A stretch of DNA of 63,945 bases, counting the filler, from Lama guanicoe (Eukaryota), in the NCBI GenBank assembly GCA_013239625.1. It is 82 parts of 79 records of this genome, joined end to end, with 100 filler letters (N's around TTAATTAATTAA, not from the genome) between each part and the next. Parts side by side here need not be neighbours in the genome. Positions count along the whole stretch, not along the records: positions 12,045 to 12,575 come from MU055633.1; positions 12,676 to 13,470 come from MU055634.1; positions 13,571 to 14,650 come from MU055635.1; positions 14,751 to 15,179 come from PNXV01015339.1; positions 15,280 to 15,772 come from MU055636.1; positions 15,873 to 16,395 come from MU055637.1; positions 16,496 to 16,921 come from PNXV01015392.1; positions 17,022 to 17,501 come from PNXV01015396.1; 74 more parts are not named here. The stretch is one strand, 5' to 3'. Within the stretch, counting starts at the first letter, position 1, and every line of letters begins with the position of its first letter. Positions 11,945 to 25,079 of the stretch are shown here, piece after piece. The notes below the pieces were generated by a model. That model was not told the DNA's origin and did no database searches. It saw only the letters and a program-made list of their open reading frames with translations. The translations under genes and the position numbers were made by a program.

Positions 11945-12675
11945 NNNNNNNNNNNNNNNNNNNNNNNNNNNNNNNNNNNNNNNNNNNNTTAATTAATTAA
12001 NNNNNNNNNNNNNNNNNNNNNNNNNNNNNNNNNNNNNNNNNNNNACAATCCTTTCAGTGTATATAGTCAGATACATTAAGATCATACCCTTTTGATGTGC
12101 GGAGGAGATAAGATTATAATTTTCAAATAATTTCTAGTGAGAGTGTTGTAGTTGAAACCTAGTTTACATCAATCTTTGAAGATTTATGTTTTGGGAGCTT
12201 TGACTAAATAATACCTGTCTTTATTCAATAATGACAGCTAAATGCTCAAGCAACATGTAAGAGTTTGAGCAAACTGCCCCCGCCCCGTAGTGCTGGTTGG
12301 CTGCAGCTGTAAGTGGAGTCAGCGCTTACCTCTCCCAGTAGGCTTGTGCTGATCTGCTCAAAGGGGTTCGTCCAACAGTTTGTCGGTAGTCTTTTGGACA
12401 AAGCCATAAAGCATTGATTTAAGGTTGCTGGAATGGAATTTATTCTTATTAATATTAAGTAAGCACATATTGAGTACTTACTGTATGTTGGGAATTGTCC
12501 CTCAGCCTCACATGAACATTATTTCTCTTAAAACCTCTCATATTTCCTTGTTATTCTCACTTTACAGATAAGGAGNNNNNNNNNNNNNNNNNNNNNNNNN
12601 NNNNNNNNNNNNNNNNNNNTTAATTAATTAANNNNNNNNNNNNNNNNNNNNNNNNNNNNNNNNNNNNNNNNNNNN

Positions 12676-13380
12676 ACATCAACCTTCATCAGAATGTGCA
12701 AGTGGAGAAGGCAATGGAAAGTCAGCAAGACAGAAGTCCATCTTTCATAACCTGAACACAGAGTGACATCTTATCATTTTACCATATTCTATTTGTTTAA
12801 AGCAAGTCACTAGATCCATCCTACACCAAGGGAACTGATTACACAGCGCATGGAAAGCAGGAAGCAGGGGTCCCTGAGGTCTATCTAGAAAGCTGCTTAC
12901 TGCAGCAGCTTATACCAGGAAACCCAAATAACTGTAGTTTAAACAAACAGATTTATTTTTTCCCATGTAGAAGGAATCTGGAGACAGGAACTCAGAACTG
13001 GTGTGAGAGCTCTGTGGCAATCAGGGACCTAGGCTCTTTCTGTTTTTCCGCTTTGCCATGCTTAATGGGTGGCTACTTAATAGCCTCAAAGTTGCCTCAT
13101 AGTCTAAGAGAGCTGCCAGAGCTCCAGGCATCATGCCCACATTCCACACAAGAAGGAGAAAGTGGGAAGGCAAGAGGTATGTGCTAGCTCATTCAGTCCC
13201 TTTAAAGGGTTTCCTGCCCATTAACAAACTTTTTTTTTCTCTCCTGCCCATTAACATTCTTTTACATCTTATTGGCAACTGATCTGTGAGGGAGGCTGGG
13301 AAATGTAGTTTTTATCTGGGCACGTTAGCTCTCCCAGTGTTATAAGGGTTTTGTTAGTAAGGAAGGAGACACGAGATATT
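12676..13380. mobile_element. MaLR (MLT1-type) LTR relics
   Basis: GCAAGTCACTAG.TCCA and GGGAGGCTGGGAAATGTAGT are MLT1-like motifs. Confidence 0.65.
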
Positions 13381-14799
13381 GCAGATTCAACTAGAATTGA
13401 CTGCCACTCATGGCTCCACACCCTGAAGGTGTAAAGCCAGGTGTTTGGGTTTCACTGAGTCGTGTGGGCCNNNNNNNNNNNNNNNNNNNNNNNNNNNNNN
13501 NNNNNNNNNNNNNNTTAATTAATTAANNNNNNNNNNNNNNNNNNNNNNNNNNNNNNNNNNNNNNNNNNNNATTTTAATTTCTGAGGACTAGACTCAAACC
13601 CAAGATATGGTGATCAACTCAGACTTCTTAATGCAGTTAGAAAATGTAGGATTTTGACTGTTTTGAAACATCTTTGTGAATTACAGAGATAAGATTGAAA
13701 ATAAAAATCATCTTAATTCTCTGTTAAGAATAAATTTTGTGTTTTTTGAAACCTACAAAATATTCTGGCTTTTGTTAAAATACAGAGGATCCTCTCCTAT
13801 AAAGAACCAAACTTAGAGCAACCGATTTTTAGCTTAGGTTTTAAAGGGTGAAAGAGGAAAGTTAGAAAGACAAGAAGCCTAGAGCCAGTTTTGTGTCGAA
13901 AAAATATTTGAAAGAATCAAAATCTTTTATTTTTGTTCCATGACTTAATAATTAAATTGTACTTTTCTTTCTCCAAAACAAAGTCAGAAACGATGATTGC
14001 AATAGTTAAATAAGTAATTTTTTCTTTAAAAATGTTATAACACCTTTAGGATCAAATTACTTTCAAAATTAACTTGATTTCTTTCTGAATGAGAAATACC
14101 ACTTGAAAATGAAAATCTTGCATNNNNNNNNNNNNNNNNNNNNNNNNNNNNNNNNNNNNNNNNNNNNNNNNNNNNNNNNNNNNNNNNNNNNNNNNNNNNN
14201 NNNNNNNNNNNNNNNNNNNNNNNNNNNNNNNNNNNNNNNNNNNNNNNNNNNNNNNNNNNNNNNNNNNNNNNNNNNNNNNNNNNNNNNNNNNNNNNNNNNN
14301 NNNNNNNNNNNNNNNNNNNNNNNNNNNNNNNNNNNNNNNNNNNNNNNNNNNNNNNNNNNNNNNNNNNNNNNNNNNNNNNNNNNNNNNNNNNNNCCACTTG
14401 GCTTTTTCCACAGAGCACAATGAGATGAACTGGAAAAAATGTAGAAGAGTGGTCGGTCTGCGAAAGACATGTAAAATGCCAAGTCTCTGGACAAACCTGA
14501 GTGGTGAGCACATCATAGGTGTCTGTAGATTGCATCCAGGCTATGCGTGGGTGCTTTCCATTTGGAAAATGCAGTATCTTCTGTGCACACATGTCACTAA
14601 TAATGTGAGGATAAATGTGTTTTGTACATTGTGTTTTACCTCTTAACTTGNNNNNNNNNNNNNNNNNNNNNNNNNNNNNNNNNNNNNNNNNNNNTTAATT
14701 AATTAANNNNNNNNNNNNNNNNNNNNNNNNNNNNNNNNNNNNNNNNNNNNAGTTTTCTTTTTGTCTCTAATGTATATTTACACCTGTAATATTTAGGAT

Positions 14800-15179
14800 A
14801 ATTTTTTTTTTAATTTTTTTAAATTTTCATCGATTTACTGTCATTTTACAAAATTGTCTCCAATCCCAGTGTAGAGCACAGTTTTGCAGTTGCAATGAAC
14901 AAAAATACATTTTTTTGTCCCATTTTTTCCACTGTGGGCTTCCATAAGAACTTTTATATATTTCCCTGTGCTATACGGTATATACGGTACAATCCTGTTT
15001 ATCTATTATAAAATTTAGACCTCCTAGTCTATCCCTTCCCACACCCCGCCCCCTTGGCTAACAAAAGCTTGTATTCTACGTCTGCATGTCTATTTCTGTT
15101 ATGTATTTGTGCTTTTTTTGTTTTGTTTTCTTTGTTTTTTTGATTCCACTGATGAGCCATATCATATGGTATATTACTT
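14800..15179 (-). mobile_element. L1 3' end with poly(A) remnant
   Basis: Antisense homolog of the 605-862 tail, starting with a T tract. Confidence 0.8.
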
Positions 15180-15279
15180 NNNNNNNNNNNNNNNNNNNNN
15201 NNNNNNNNNNNNNNNNNNNNNNNTTAATTAATTAANNNNNNNNNNNNNNNNNNNNNNNNNNNNNNNNNNNNNNNNNNNN

Positions 15280-15772
15280 CAACAAATTTAAGAAGATAGA
15301 AATTATCTCAAGCATCTTTACTGACCACAATGCCATGAAACTGGAAATCAACAACAGAGAAACAAAGGAGAAGAAAAGAAAAGCGTGGAGATTAAACAAT
15401 ATGTTATTGAAAAACAAGTGGATCAATGAGGAAATCAAAGCTGAAATTAAAAAATACCTTGAGACAAATGATAATGAAAGCACAACGACTCAAAACCTAT
15501 GGGACACAGCAAAGGCAGTGCTAAGAGGGAAGTTTATAGCAATACAGGCCTTCCTCAAAAAAGAAGAACAATCTCAAATAAACAAGTTAACCCACCACCT
15601 GAATNNNNNNNNNNNNNNNNNNNNNNNNNNNNNNNNNNNNNNNNNTCGACAAACCCCAAACTCACAAAGAAGAAAAAAGAGAGAGCACAAATTAGCAAAA
15701 TAAGAAAGGAAAATGGAGAAATTACAACAAACAAAATAGAAATACAGAATATCATACGAGAATATAATATTT
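15280..15772 (+). mobile_element. L1 ORF2 fragment (after the endonuclease domain)
   Basis: [10 protein letters not shown]...WRLNNMLL...[18 protein letters not shown]. Confidence 0.95.
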
Positions 15773-15872
15773 NNNNNNNNNNNNNNNNNNNNNNNNNNNN
15801 NNNNNNNNNNNNNNNNTTAATTAATTAANNNNNNNNNNNNNNNNNNNNNNNNNNNNNNNNNNNNNNNNNNNN

Positions 15873-16395
15873 ATCAGTAATCCACAAGCTCACAACTCAG
15901 GAATGCATGTTTGTCGAATCCATCATTCATATATCATGTACGGAACACGGAATATCATGTTGGAGGAATCTATTCAAATTACATATCTCTAGGGTAGAAT
16001 TCACTCCAAGAGGGTTTTTCTGGGATCAAAGTGTGATTCTTGAAACTGGTGATAGGAGAAGCAACAAAGTCCAAGGAAATNNNNNNNNNNNNNNNNNNNN
16101 NNNNNNNNNNNNNNNNNNNNNNNNNNNNNNNNNNNNNNNNNNNNNNNNNNNNNNNNNNNNNNNNNNNNNNNNNNNNNNNNNNNNNNNNNNNNNNNNNNNN
16201 NNNNNNNNNTGGTTATGTAAACAATGTAAATTACATGTGTATTGGTGAGAATTCGCTCAAAGAGTGTTTTCTACTGCCAAATGTCCGATTTTAGACCCTG
16301 GTGATACAAAAAATTATGAAGTCAGAGTAAAAATTTCAAAGTGTATTATATTCCTTCTTTGGTGGATGAAAGTTCACTAATCCACATGCTCACAA
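15873..16395 (+). repeat. ~247-bp divergent-monomer satellite, family D
   Basis: TAATCCACA.GCTCACAA recurs 500 bp apart (15878 and 16378, across a gap). Homologous to 52083-53527. Confidence 0.88.
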
Positions 16396-16495
16396 NNNNN
16401 NNNNNNNNNNNNNNNNNNNNNNNNNNNNNNNNNNNNNNNTTAATTAATTAANNNNNNNNNNNNNNNNNNNNNNNNNNNNNNNNNNNNNNNNNNNN

Positions 16496-16921
16496 GTTGT
16501 TTTTTTTATTTAGTCAGTGGATTCCTTTGCTGTGCAGAAGCTTTCAAATATAATTAGGTCCCCGCTGTTTATTTTTCCTTTTATTTCCTTTGTTTTAGGA
16601 GATGGATCGAAAACGTTATTGCTTTAATTTACGTCAGAGAGGGTTCTGCCTATGTTTTCCTCTAGGAGTATTATAGTATCCAGTCTTGAATGTAGATCTT
16701 TAATCTATCTTGAGTTTATTTTTGTGTATGGTGTTAGAGAATGTTCTAAGTTCGTTCTTTGACAGGTAGCTGTCCAGTTTTCCCAGAACCACTTATTGAA
16801 GAGACTGTCTTTTGTCCATTCAATATCCTTGCTTCCTTTGTCGTAGATTAATTGACGGTAAGTGTGTGGGTTTACTTGTCGCCTCTTTATCCTGTTCCAT
16901 TGATCTGTGTGTCTGTTTGGG
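16496..16921 (-). mobile_element. L1 ORF2 relic
   Basis: GCTGTCCAGTTTTCCCAGAACCACTTATTGAAGAGACTGTC is an antisense L1 signature. Confidence 0.92.
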
Positions 16922-17363
16922 NNNNNNNNNNNNNNNNNNNNNNNNNNNNNNNNNNNNNNNNNNNNTTAATTAATTAANNNNNNNNNNNNNNNNNNNNNNN
17001 NNNNNNNNNNNNNNNNNNNNNTCCTAGCAACTATGAATCTTAAAAGAAATCTAAATGAAGGTATTAAAGCCTTTTTTTAAAAAGTTGCTTTCACCGTTGC
17101 TGCAAATGCTTACTTCTTAAATTTGATGACTATTCTATTTAAATGTGTATATTCCAAATATGGAATTTCAAAATATAGTCAGCATTGTACACATTTTTAT
17201 GATAATATCATTGCATAGTAAACGTGAAATCTGAGATTTTATAGGTTAGGCTTAATATAGTCTTGTGTTTTGTTTTAAAATATTACTAAAATTTTTCTCC
17301 TTTGGTTTTAGCTATAGTTCTGCCATAATCGAAATCTTAAACGAGGTTGTCCCCAGGTTTTAG

Positions 17364-17457
17364 TGAGAATAAAAAGAAGAGTTGTGAATAAAAATGGCTC
17401 TCTGGTATTATTGAGAATAAAAAGAAGAGTTGTGAATAAAAATGGCTCTCTAGTATT
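17364..17457. repeat. 48-bp tandem duplication
   Basis: TGAGAATAAAAAGAAGAGTTGTGAATAAAAATGGCTCTCT starts at both 17364 and 17412. Confidence 0.9.
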
Positions 17458-19903
17458 TTCATTGGCTTAAGATTTCAAAAAGAAGCACTTTAAAGCAGAG
17501 GNNNNNNNNNNNNNNNNNNNNNNNNNNNNNNNNNNNNNNNNNNNNTTAATTAATTAANNNNNNNNNNNNNNNNNNNNNNNNNNNNNNNNNNNNNNNNNNN
17601 NTGGCCTTATTTTTCAATAAAGCTTATATACACACAGGTATACATAGAATACTCACATGTGTGTAAATATGTATGTCATAGGCATAAAGGTCATGAAATA
17701 TATATACCAATTTTCAACAGCTTTTACTCTCAGGAAATAAGGGGAAGGGAGTTAGGGGCCTTCCTGTACCACCACAGTTCTCTTTTCTGTATTTCACTTA
17801 AGTATACTTGGAATTTAAAAGTTTATTTAAGTCCGAAGTAAAATGGACGATGCTTCCACAAGACAGAATGCTATACTGGTCATCAAAAATCATACCAGGG
17901 GAGATAGAATATTGTAGAAAAACATATAATAAGCTACATGGAAACTGGAGGTGTCCACACAGAAAACAGCCACAGAGTGCTCTCTGGTTTTTTATGACAG
18001 AGGTGATACTCAATGACGANNNNNNNNNNNNNNNNNNNNNNNNNNNNNNNNNNNNNNNNNNNNTTAATTAATTAANNNNNNNNNNNNNNNNNNNNNNNNN
18101 NNNNNNNNNNNNNNNNNNNAAAGCCATTTAACGCAACCAAGTCTGCACCCCCATGATATCGTGCCCCCAGGGGCTTGACTCAAGTGAAAGACGATCCACA
18201 TAAAGACACATAAGCTGCGTCTTTAATGTCATTGACGACTTTTACAGTAGAGTTCTCTTTCTGACTTGTAATATTTATTAATACTGTCTTGAAAAACTGA
18301 GGCCTAATACAGATTCAAGTTCAGTCAAAGATTCCCCTCACTTACCACAATCCCTTCACCCCAGGGAAGACATAAACACCACATTTGCTGAATCTAGCGG
18401 AAGGCCATCGTTTCTAGGTTTGNNNNNNNNNNNNNNNNNNNNNNNNNNNNNNNNNNNNNNNNNNNNNNNNNNNNNNNNNNNNNNNNNNNNNNNNNNNNNN
18501 NNNNNNNNNNNNNNNNNNNNNNNNNNNNNNNNNNNNNNNNNNNNNNNNNNNNNNNNNNNNNNNNNNNNNNNNNNNNNNNNNNNNNNNNNNNNNNNNNNNN
18601 NNNNNNNNNNNNNNNNNNNNNNNNNNNNNNNNNNNNNNNNNNNNNNNNNNNNNNNNNNNNNNNNNNNNNNNNNNNNNNNNNNNNNNNNNNNNNNNNNNNN
18701 NNNNNNNNNNNNNNNNNNNNNNNNNNNNNNNNNNNNNNNNNNNNNNNNNNNNNNNNNNNNNNNNNNNNNNNNNNNNNNNNNNNNNNNNNNNNNNCCCGTT
18801 CTTGGTGAATTGAGGAACTTCCTCAAGTCCCCGGTGGCAGTCCATAAGTTTCTACCAGTATCAGAGAGGTTCAATATGTCTCATGAATGTCTTTTGAGCC
18901 TGGNNNNNNNNNNNNNNNNNNNNNNNNNNNNNNNNNNNNNNNNNNNNTTAATTAATTAANNNNNNNNNNNNNNNNNNNNNNNNNNNNNNNNNNNNNNNNN
19001 NNNTCACTTAAAACAGGCAAGAATTGGTTGCATTCAGCACCAAGGGACAGCCTTGCTGAGCTGGGCCTTGTGGGTTTTTTCCAAGGAATAGCCTCCAAGC
19101 CTCTCCATCACAGGATTCCTGTGGACTTGGCTTTATCTGTGGGCAAGGGACCAGGCCCTGACAATCTAACTCCCTTCCCCAGAATAAGGAGAAGATTTGA
19201 AAAGCCACTTAGAAATAACTCGATCAACCAATTTTCCTCACCAGTGGGCCTTAGGGAAACTGCCTTCATTTCCCCCCGGGTCGGGGGGTGGTGTGTGGCT
19301 TATGGGGACTTCGGTGGCGTCTGCATGGCAGGATGCTCTCGCAGAGGGCCTGCAGCTGACAGCTCAGGTGCTGGCCCTGGAGGTCTTAGAAAAAATGGTT
19401 AGTTATGTTTTCGCTACAAGTCAGACCGAACCTAGAGGTGAGAAGACAATCAACAAAGCCACAAAGCTGAGACTCCTGAAATGGGAAACAGCTGTCTCCG
19501 AAGGAAACTTTGGCTGCCCCTCTGTACCACGGGCGGCTGAGGATTAGGACAAGCGAGACAGAGACACACAGAGAGACAGAGACACACAGAGATGGAAAGA
19601 CAGACTAAGTGCTGATCAGGCTACCTGGGAGGAGTGCAAAGGTGGACTGAGAAAGAGTAAAGGAAGAAACAAAGAAGGAAGAAGGCAATTCTGGAGGAAA
19701 AAACGCTATCAAGTTTAGTTATAAAGAAACCTCTCTGGCCATGCAAAAGAACGATCTGGAATTTGGTAACAGTGATCTCTTAAAGATAATAATTCTAGCC
19801 ATANNNNNNNNNNNNNNNNNNNNNNNNNNNNNNNNNNNNNNNNNNNNTTAATTAATTAANNNNNNNNNNNNNNNNNNNNNNNNNNNNNNNNNNNNNNNNN
19901 NNN

Positions 19904-21139
19904 ATCCAGCACAAAGGGAACGGGTTGCAGTATAAACCCTTTCTATGGTTTTTCAGTATGTTTCTTAGTGCCGGATTGAAGTGCCTGCCGTTTTCACTGT
20001 AAAACCGAGCTGGAGCTTGTACCTCCCCATATATATGTATGGGGTGGGGTTTGCAACTGAAAAGAAACTTTGTGTTCCCTTCAAGATAGCTGAAGGACGG
20101 CTTTCACACACACTTNNNNNNNNNNNNNNNNNNNNNNNNNNNNNNNNNNNNNNNNNNNNNNNNNNNNNNNNNNNNNNNNNNNNNNNNNNNNNNNNNNNNN
20201 NNNNNNNNNNNNNNNNNNNNNNNNNNNNNNNNNNNNNNNNNNNNNNNNNNNNNNNNNNNNNNNNNNNNNNNNNNNNNNNNNNNNNNNNNNNNNNNNNNNN
20301 NNNNNNNNNNNNNNNNNNNNNNNNNNNNNNNNNNNNNNNNNNNNNNNNNNNNNNNNNNNNNNNNNNNNNNNNNNNNNNNNNNNNNNNNNNNNNNNNNNNN
20401 NNNNNNNNNNNNNNNNNNNNNNNNNNNNNNNNNNNNNNNNNNNNNNNNNNNNNNNNNNNNNNNNNNNNNNNNNNNNNNNNNNNNNNNNNNNNNNNNNNNN
20501 NNNNNNNNNNNNNNNNNNNNNNNNNNNNNNNNNNNNNNNNNNNNNNNNNNNNNNNNNNNNNNNNNNNNNNNNNNNNNNNNNNNNNNNNNNNNNNNNNNNN
20601 NNNNNNNNNNNNNNNNNNNNNNNNNNNNNNNNNNNNNNNNNNNNNNNNNNNNNNNNNNNNNNNNNNNNNNNNNNNNNNNNNNNNNNNNNNNNNNNNNNNN
20701 NNNNNNNNNNNNNNNNNNNNNNNNNNNNNNNNNNNNNNNNNNNNNNNNNNNNNNNNNNNNNNNNNNNNNNNNNNNNNNNNNNNNNNNNNNNNNNNNNNNN
20801 NNNNNNNNNNNNNNNNNNNNNNNNNNNNNNNNNNNNNNNNNNNNNNNNNNNNNNNNNNNNNNNNNNNNNNNNNNNNNNNNNNNNNNNNNNNNNNNNNNNN
20901 NNNNNNNNNNNNNNNNNNNNNNNNNNNNNNNNNNNNNNNNNNNNNNNNNNNNNNNNNNNNNNNNNNNNNNNNNNNNNNNNNNNNNNNNNNNNNNNNNNNN
21001 NNNNNNNNNNNNNNNNNNNNNNNNNNNNNNNNNNNNNNNNNNNNNNNNNNNNNNNNNNNNNNNNNNNNNNNNACACACACTTATGTCTCTGAACTGAGCA
21101 TGTGGAGAGACGTTCTTTGATCCAGCACAAAGGGAACGG
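19904..21139 (-). repeat. ~248-bp satellite, family C
   Basis: GAAGGACGGCTTTCACACACACTT and GAACTGAGCATGTGGAGAGACG are shared with the 46862, 50891 and 58879 scaffolds. Confidence 0.93.
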
Positions 21140-21239
21140 NNNNNNNNNNNNNNNNNNNNNNNNNNNNNNNNNNNNNNNNNNNNTTAATTAATTAANNNNN
21201 NNNNNNNNNNNNNNNNNNNNNNNNNNNNNNNNNNNNNNN

Positions 21240-22215
21240 GCACACACACGAACAGTTGCACAGCTATCCTGAGAGTGGGCAGCCTCCTCCAACTGACAGC
21301 AGGGCCTGGGATCTAATAAAATCGCTTACCTTGTCTTCCCTGTTTGGTTGCCTGATACGGTGTGCGGGAGGAGGTTGGGGTTGGGCTCTAAAACCAAGTA
21401 TTAGCGAGTGCTTCTCCATGGGAAGTGGAGGTTATTAACCAAAAACCCACAACCTGGGAATACCTGTGCTCCTTTAAAGATGCGTGGACTCTGTTTCCCC
21501 ACTTCCAGCACACACATGAAGAAGTGTTCTGGTATCCTGAGTGTGGGGAGGCACCTCCCACTGACAGCAGCATCTGGGATCTAATAGGATCCCTTAGGTT
21601 GACTTCCCTGAGTGTTTTCCAAGGNNNNNNNNNNNNNNNNNNNNNNNNNNNNNNNNNNNNNNNNNNNNNNNNNNNNNNNNNNNNNNNNNNNNNNNNNNNN
21701 NNNNNNNNNNNNNNNNNNNNNNNNNNNNNNNNNNNNNNNNNNNNNNNNNNNNNNNNNNNNNNNNNNNNNNNNNNNNNNNNNNNNNNNNNNNNNNNNNNNN
21801 NNNNNNNNNNNNNNNNNNNNNNNNNNNNNNNNNNNNNNNNNNNNNNNNNNNNNNNNNNNNNNNNNNNNNCCTGATGGCATGCCTAGGCTGGAGAGTGGGG
21901 GAAAGTGGGGGTTGGGTTTGAAGTCCAAGTAGCAACGAGTGCCCCCCGATTTACTGAGGACGTACTTAGAGGATTTCACGCTAATGTGGAACACCTGTGC
22001 CCCCATTTAACTGTGTTGACTGGGTATCCACAACTCCACCACACACAAGGCAGGGACCCGGAATCATGAGTGTGTGGAAGTTCCTCCAACTGACAGCAGC
22101 ACCTGCGTTCTAATAGAATAACTCAGCTTGAATTCCCTAAGTTTTTTCCTAGACTTAGCAGTGAGTGATGGTGGGGAATGGGCTCTAAACCAAGAATAAG
22201 CGAGTGCATCTCTGT
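21240..22215 (-). repeat. Strongly diverged 267/268-bp satellite related to family B
   Basis: TATCCTGAG at 21265 and 21533 gives a 268-bp period. Motifs are colinear with B (TCCTGAG.GTGGGGAGG, GGGAA.ACCTGTG, TGCGTGGA). Confidence 0.8.
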
Positions 22216-22315
22216 NNNNNNNNNNNNNNNNNNNNNNNNNNNNNNNNNNNNNNNNNNNNTTAATTAATTAANNNNNNNNNNNNNNNNNNNNNNNNNNNNN
22301 NNNNNNNNNNNNNNN

Positions 22316-22789
22316 ACTTCCCTGACCTTGGGGAGGTAGCCTCTGTCACTGGGATTCCCTGCAACCCCCCCTAGCGTTCCCTCTCACAGTGACATGAGGA
22401 AAACCCTCAGGGGAGACGAGCACAGGCATGCCCTTAGAACCCACGCGCTGCCGACCGTTGGTGGAACCTCCCCACGCTCAGGATTCCGGAACCATTGTCA
22501 TTGAGTGGGGGAGCTCGAGAAAGAACTCCACGCAGCTCTCTTCAGTCACAGGTGTTCCCTCCTCGGGTAAGTCCGAGAAATAACTTCCCTGACCTTGGGG
22601 AGGTAGCCTCTGTCACTGGGATTCCCTGCAACCCCCCCTAGCGTTCCCTCTCACAGTGACATGAGGAAAACCCTCAGGGGAGACGAGCACAGATATTCCC
22701 TTAGATCCCACACGCTGCCGACCGTTGGTGTACCGTCCCCACGATCAGGATTCCGGAACCATTGTCATTGAGTGGGGGAGCTCGAGAAA
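22316..22789 (+). repeat. 267-bp GC-rich satellite, family B
   Basis: ACTTCCCTGACCTTGGGGAGGTAGCC at 22316 and 22583; the copies are near-identical. Confidence 0.96.
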
Positions 22790-22889
22790 NNNNNNNNNNN
22801 NNNNNNNNNNNNNNNNNNNNNNNNNNNNNNNNNTTAATTAATTAANNNNNNNNNNNNNNNNNNNNNNNNNNNNNNNNNNNNNNNNNNNN

Positions 22890-23325
22890 TAATACGGAAT
22901 GCAGAATATAGAATACAGAATATCGAATTTAGAAAACACTATATTTAATATGGAAAACAGAATACAGAACCCAGAATTTCGAATGGAACGCAGAACACAT
23001 AATGTAGAATATAGAATACAGAATACTGAATATAGAATTTAGAATATAGAATGTAAAACACAGAATATAGAATATAGTAAACGGAATGCAAAATATAGTA
23101 TGTAGAATGTAGAATGAAAAACACACAATATAGAATATTGAATAGAGAATGTATAACCCAGAATTAAGAACATGGAATGCAGAACACAGAATTTAGAATA
23201 TAGAATACATAATACTTAATATAGAATTTAGAATATAAAATGTAGAAAACAAAATTATGTATAAAATACAGAATGTTGAATATAGAGTTTAGAATAAAGA
23301 ATGTAGAACACAGAATATAAAATAT
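22890..23325 (-). repeat. Heptamer satellite family A
   Basis: TATAGAA-type 7-mers. Confidence 0.95.
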
Positions 23326-23425
23326 NNNNNNNNNNNNNNNNNNNNNNNNNNNNNNNNNNNNNNNNNNNNTTAATTAATTAANNNNNNNNNNNNNNNNNNN
23401 NNNNNNNNNNNNNNNNNNNNNNNNN

Positions 23426-24109
23426 TGAGAGGGGAGTTTATAGCGATGCAGGCCTTCCTCAAAAATGAAGACCAATCACAAATAAATAATTTAGCCCACT
23501 AGCAGAATGAATTAGGAAAAGAAGAAGAAAAATCCTCAAATGCAGCAGAATGAAGGAAATCATAGATATTGGGGAGGAAATAAATAAAATAGAGATTAAA
23601 AAGACCATAGAAAAAAATTCCACCAATCCAAAAGCTGTTTTTTCGAAAAACTATGTAAAATCGAAAAACCTCTGTCCAAACTCAAATAGTAGAATAGACA
23701 GAGAGCACAAATAAGCAAAATAAGAGAGAAGAATGGAGAAATTACAACAAATAAAAAAGAAATACAGAATACCATATGAAAATATTATGAAAAGTATATG
23801 GAAATGAAAAGTAAAACACACTGGATAACCTAGAGGAGATGGACAATATTCTGGAAACATACTGTCCACCAAGAATGAATCAAGAAGAAACTGACCCCTT
23901 GAACATGCAGAGCACTAGAAATGAAATCAAAATAGCAATATAAAACCTCCCTACATATAAAAGTCCAGGACCGGATGTCTTCACTGCGGAATTCTACCAA
24001 ACATACAAAGAAGAGCTCATACCAGTCCTTCTCAAAATCCTCCAGAAGATTAAATATGAAGGAATACTCCCATAGTGATACTATGAAGCCAAAATCACTC
24101 TCATACCAC
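23426..24109 (+). mobile_element. L1 ORF2 relic
   Basis: Disrupted [21 protein letters not shown] motif (AAAAGTCCAGGACCGGAT...GAATTCTACCAAACATACAAAGAAGAG). Confidence 0.93.
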
Positions 24110-25079
24110 NNNNNNNNNNNNNNNNNNNNNNNNNNNNNNNNNNNNNNNNNNNNTTAATTAATTAANNNNNNNNNNNNNNNNNNNNNNNNNNNNNNNNNNN
24201 NNNNNNNNNTAGTTACTTTTTAACAATCCATCTTCACACACACAATCAGTGGTAGACATATTTGTAATATTTAATAGGAAGAATTCAGTGTGTAGAGCTC
24301 AGAGAATAGTTTTCAAAGTACCAGAGAACTTTTGTACTTTTGCAAATAGTCTAGATTTTCCCAGGTAGATATCTACAGATGGACAAACAAACAATATTCT
24401 TCTTTAGAATTTCTAATTTTTAAAGTAAACTGTAGCTTCTGACTTATCAGTATAGAACCTTTTTAAGATGATCACGGTACAACCCACTGTCTGATAAGAG
24501 AGCTGGAAATTAACTGCTGAACCAACCCATCTGAACCCCAGTCTGCTAATATAAGCAACAACATACTCACCATCAGACATGAGCTGAAAAACATAAAAGA
24601 TTGATGTTTCTGTTGTAGGAATAACAACTAATTTCAAGAAACAGTCCTCATGCTGCAAGTGGGCTCTTTTCTTCTCTTGGTAAAGGTCATATAGGTGGGA
24701 TGTTGCTAGAATTTCTCTGGCCCATTTGCCCATTCTCCAGACTATCAAAGGATTTCTTCACAATTGGTGACACATTTTCTGGACTCAATGTTGCCATTCC
24801 AGTCTTATCGGCTGTCACTGGCAGTATGATTGTGAACAGAACACTTTAGGCTCCCTGACCTTGCCAATAATTTTTCCAGCATTCCAGGGCATTTTTCATT
24901 CTGAAAACGCTTCACCATTTATTTTAAAATAATGGGAAATTGTTANNNNNNNNNNNNNNNNNNNNNNNNNNNNNNNNNNNNNNNNNNNNTTAATTAATTA
25001 ANNNNNNNNNNNNNNNNNNNNNNNNNNNNNNNNNNNNNNNNNNNNAAAAAAAAAACTAAGGCCACAGGAGGGTATTGAA

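Noticed and set aside
17808..18019. 70-codon open stretch
   Set aside because: No recognisable homology or clear splice structure.
19197..19547. 116-aa ORF with a helical-looking DALAEGLQLTAQVLALEVLEKM segment followed by GTTAGT
   Set aside because: The acceptor is weak and the family is not recognised; likely chance.
19965..21130. Long ORFs of 300+ aa here and at 31475-32450 and 52247-53207
   Set aside because: They are almost entirely X, from reading through N gaps.
22330..22385. Short motifs shared by satellites B and C (TGGGGAGGTA, CCTGCAACCC, GTTCCCT)
   Set aside because: Spacing and unit length differ and I could not extend an alignment.
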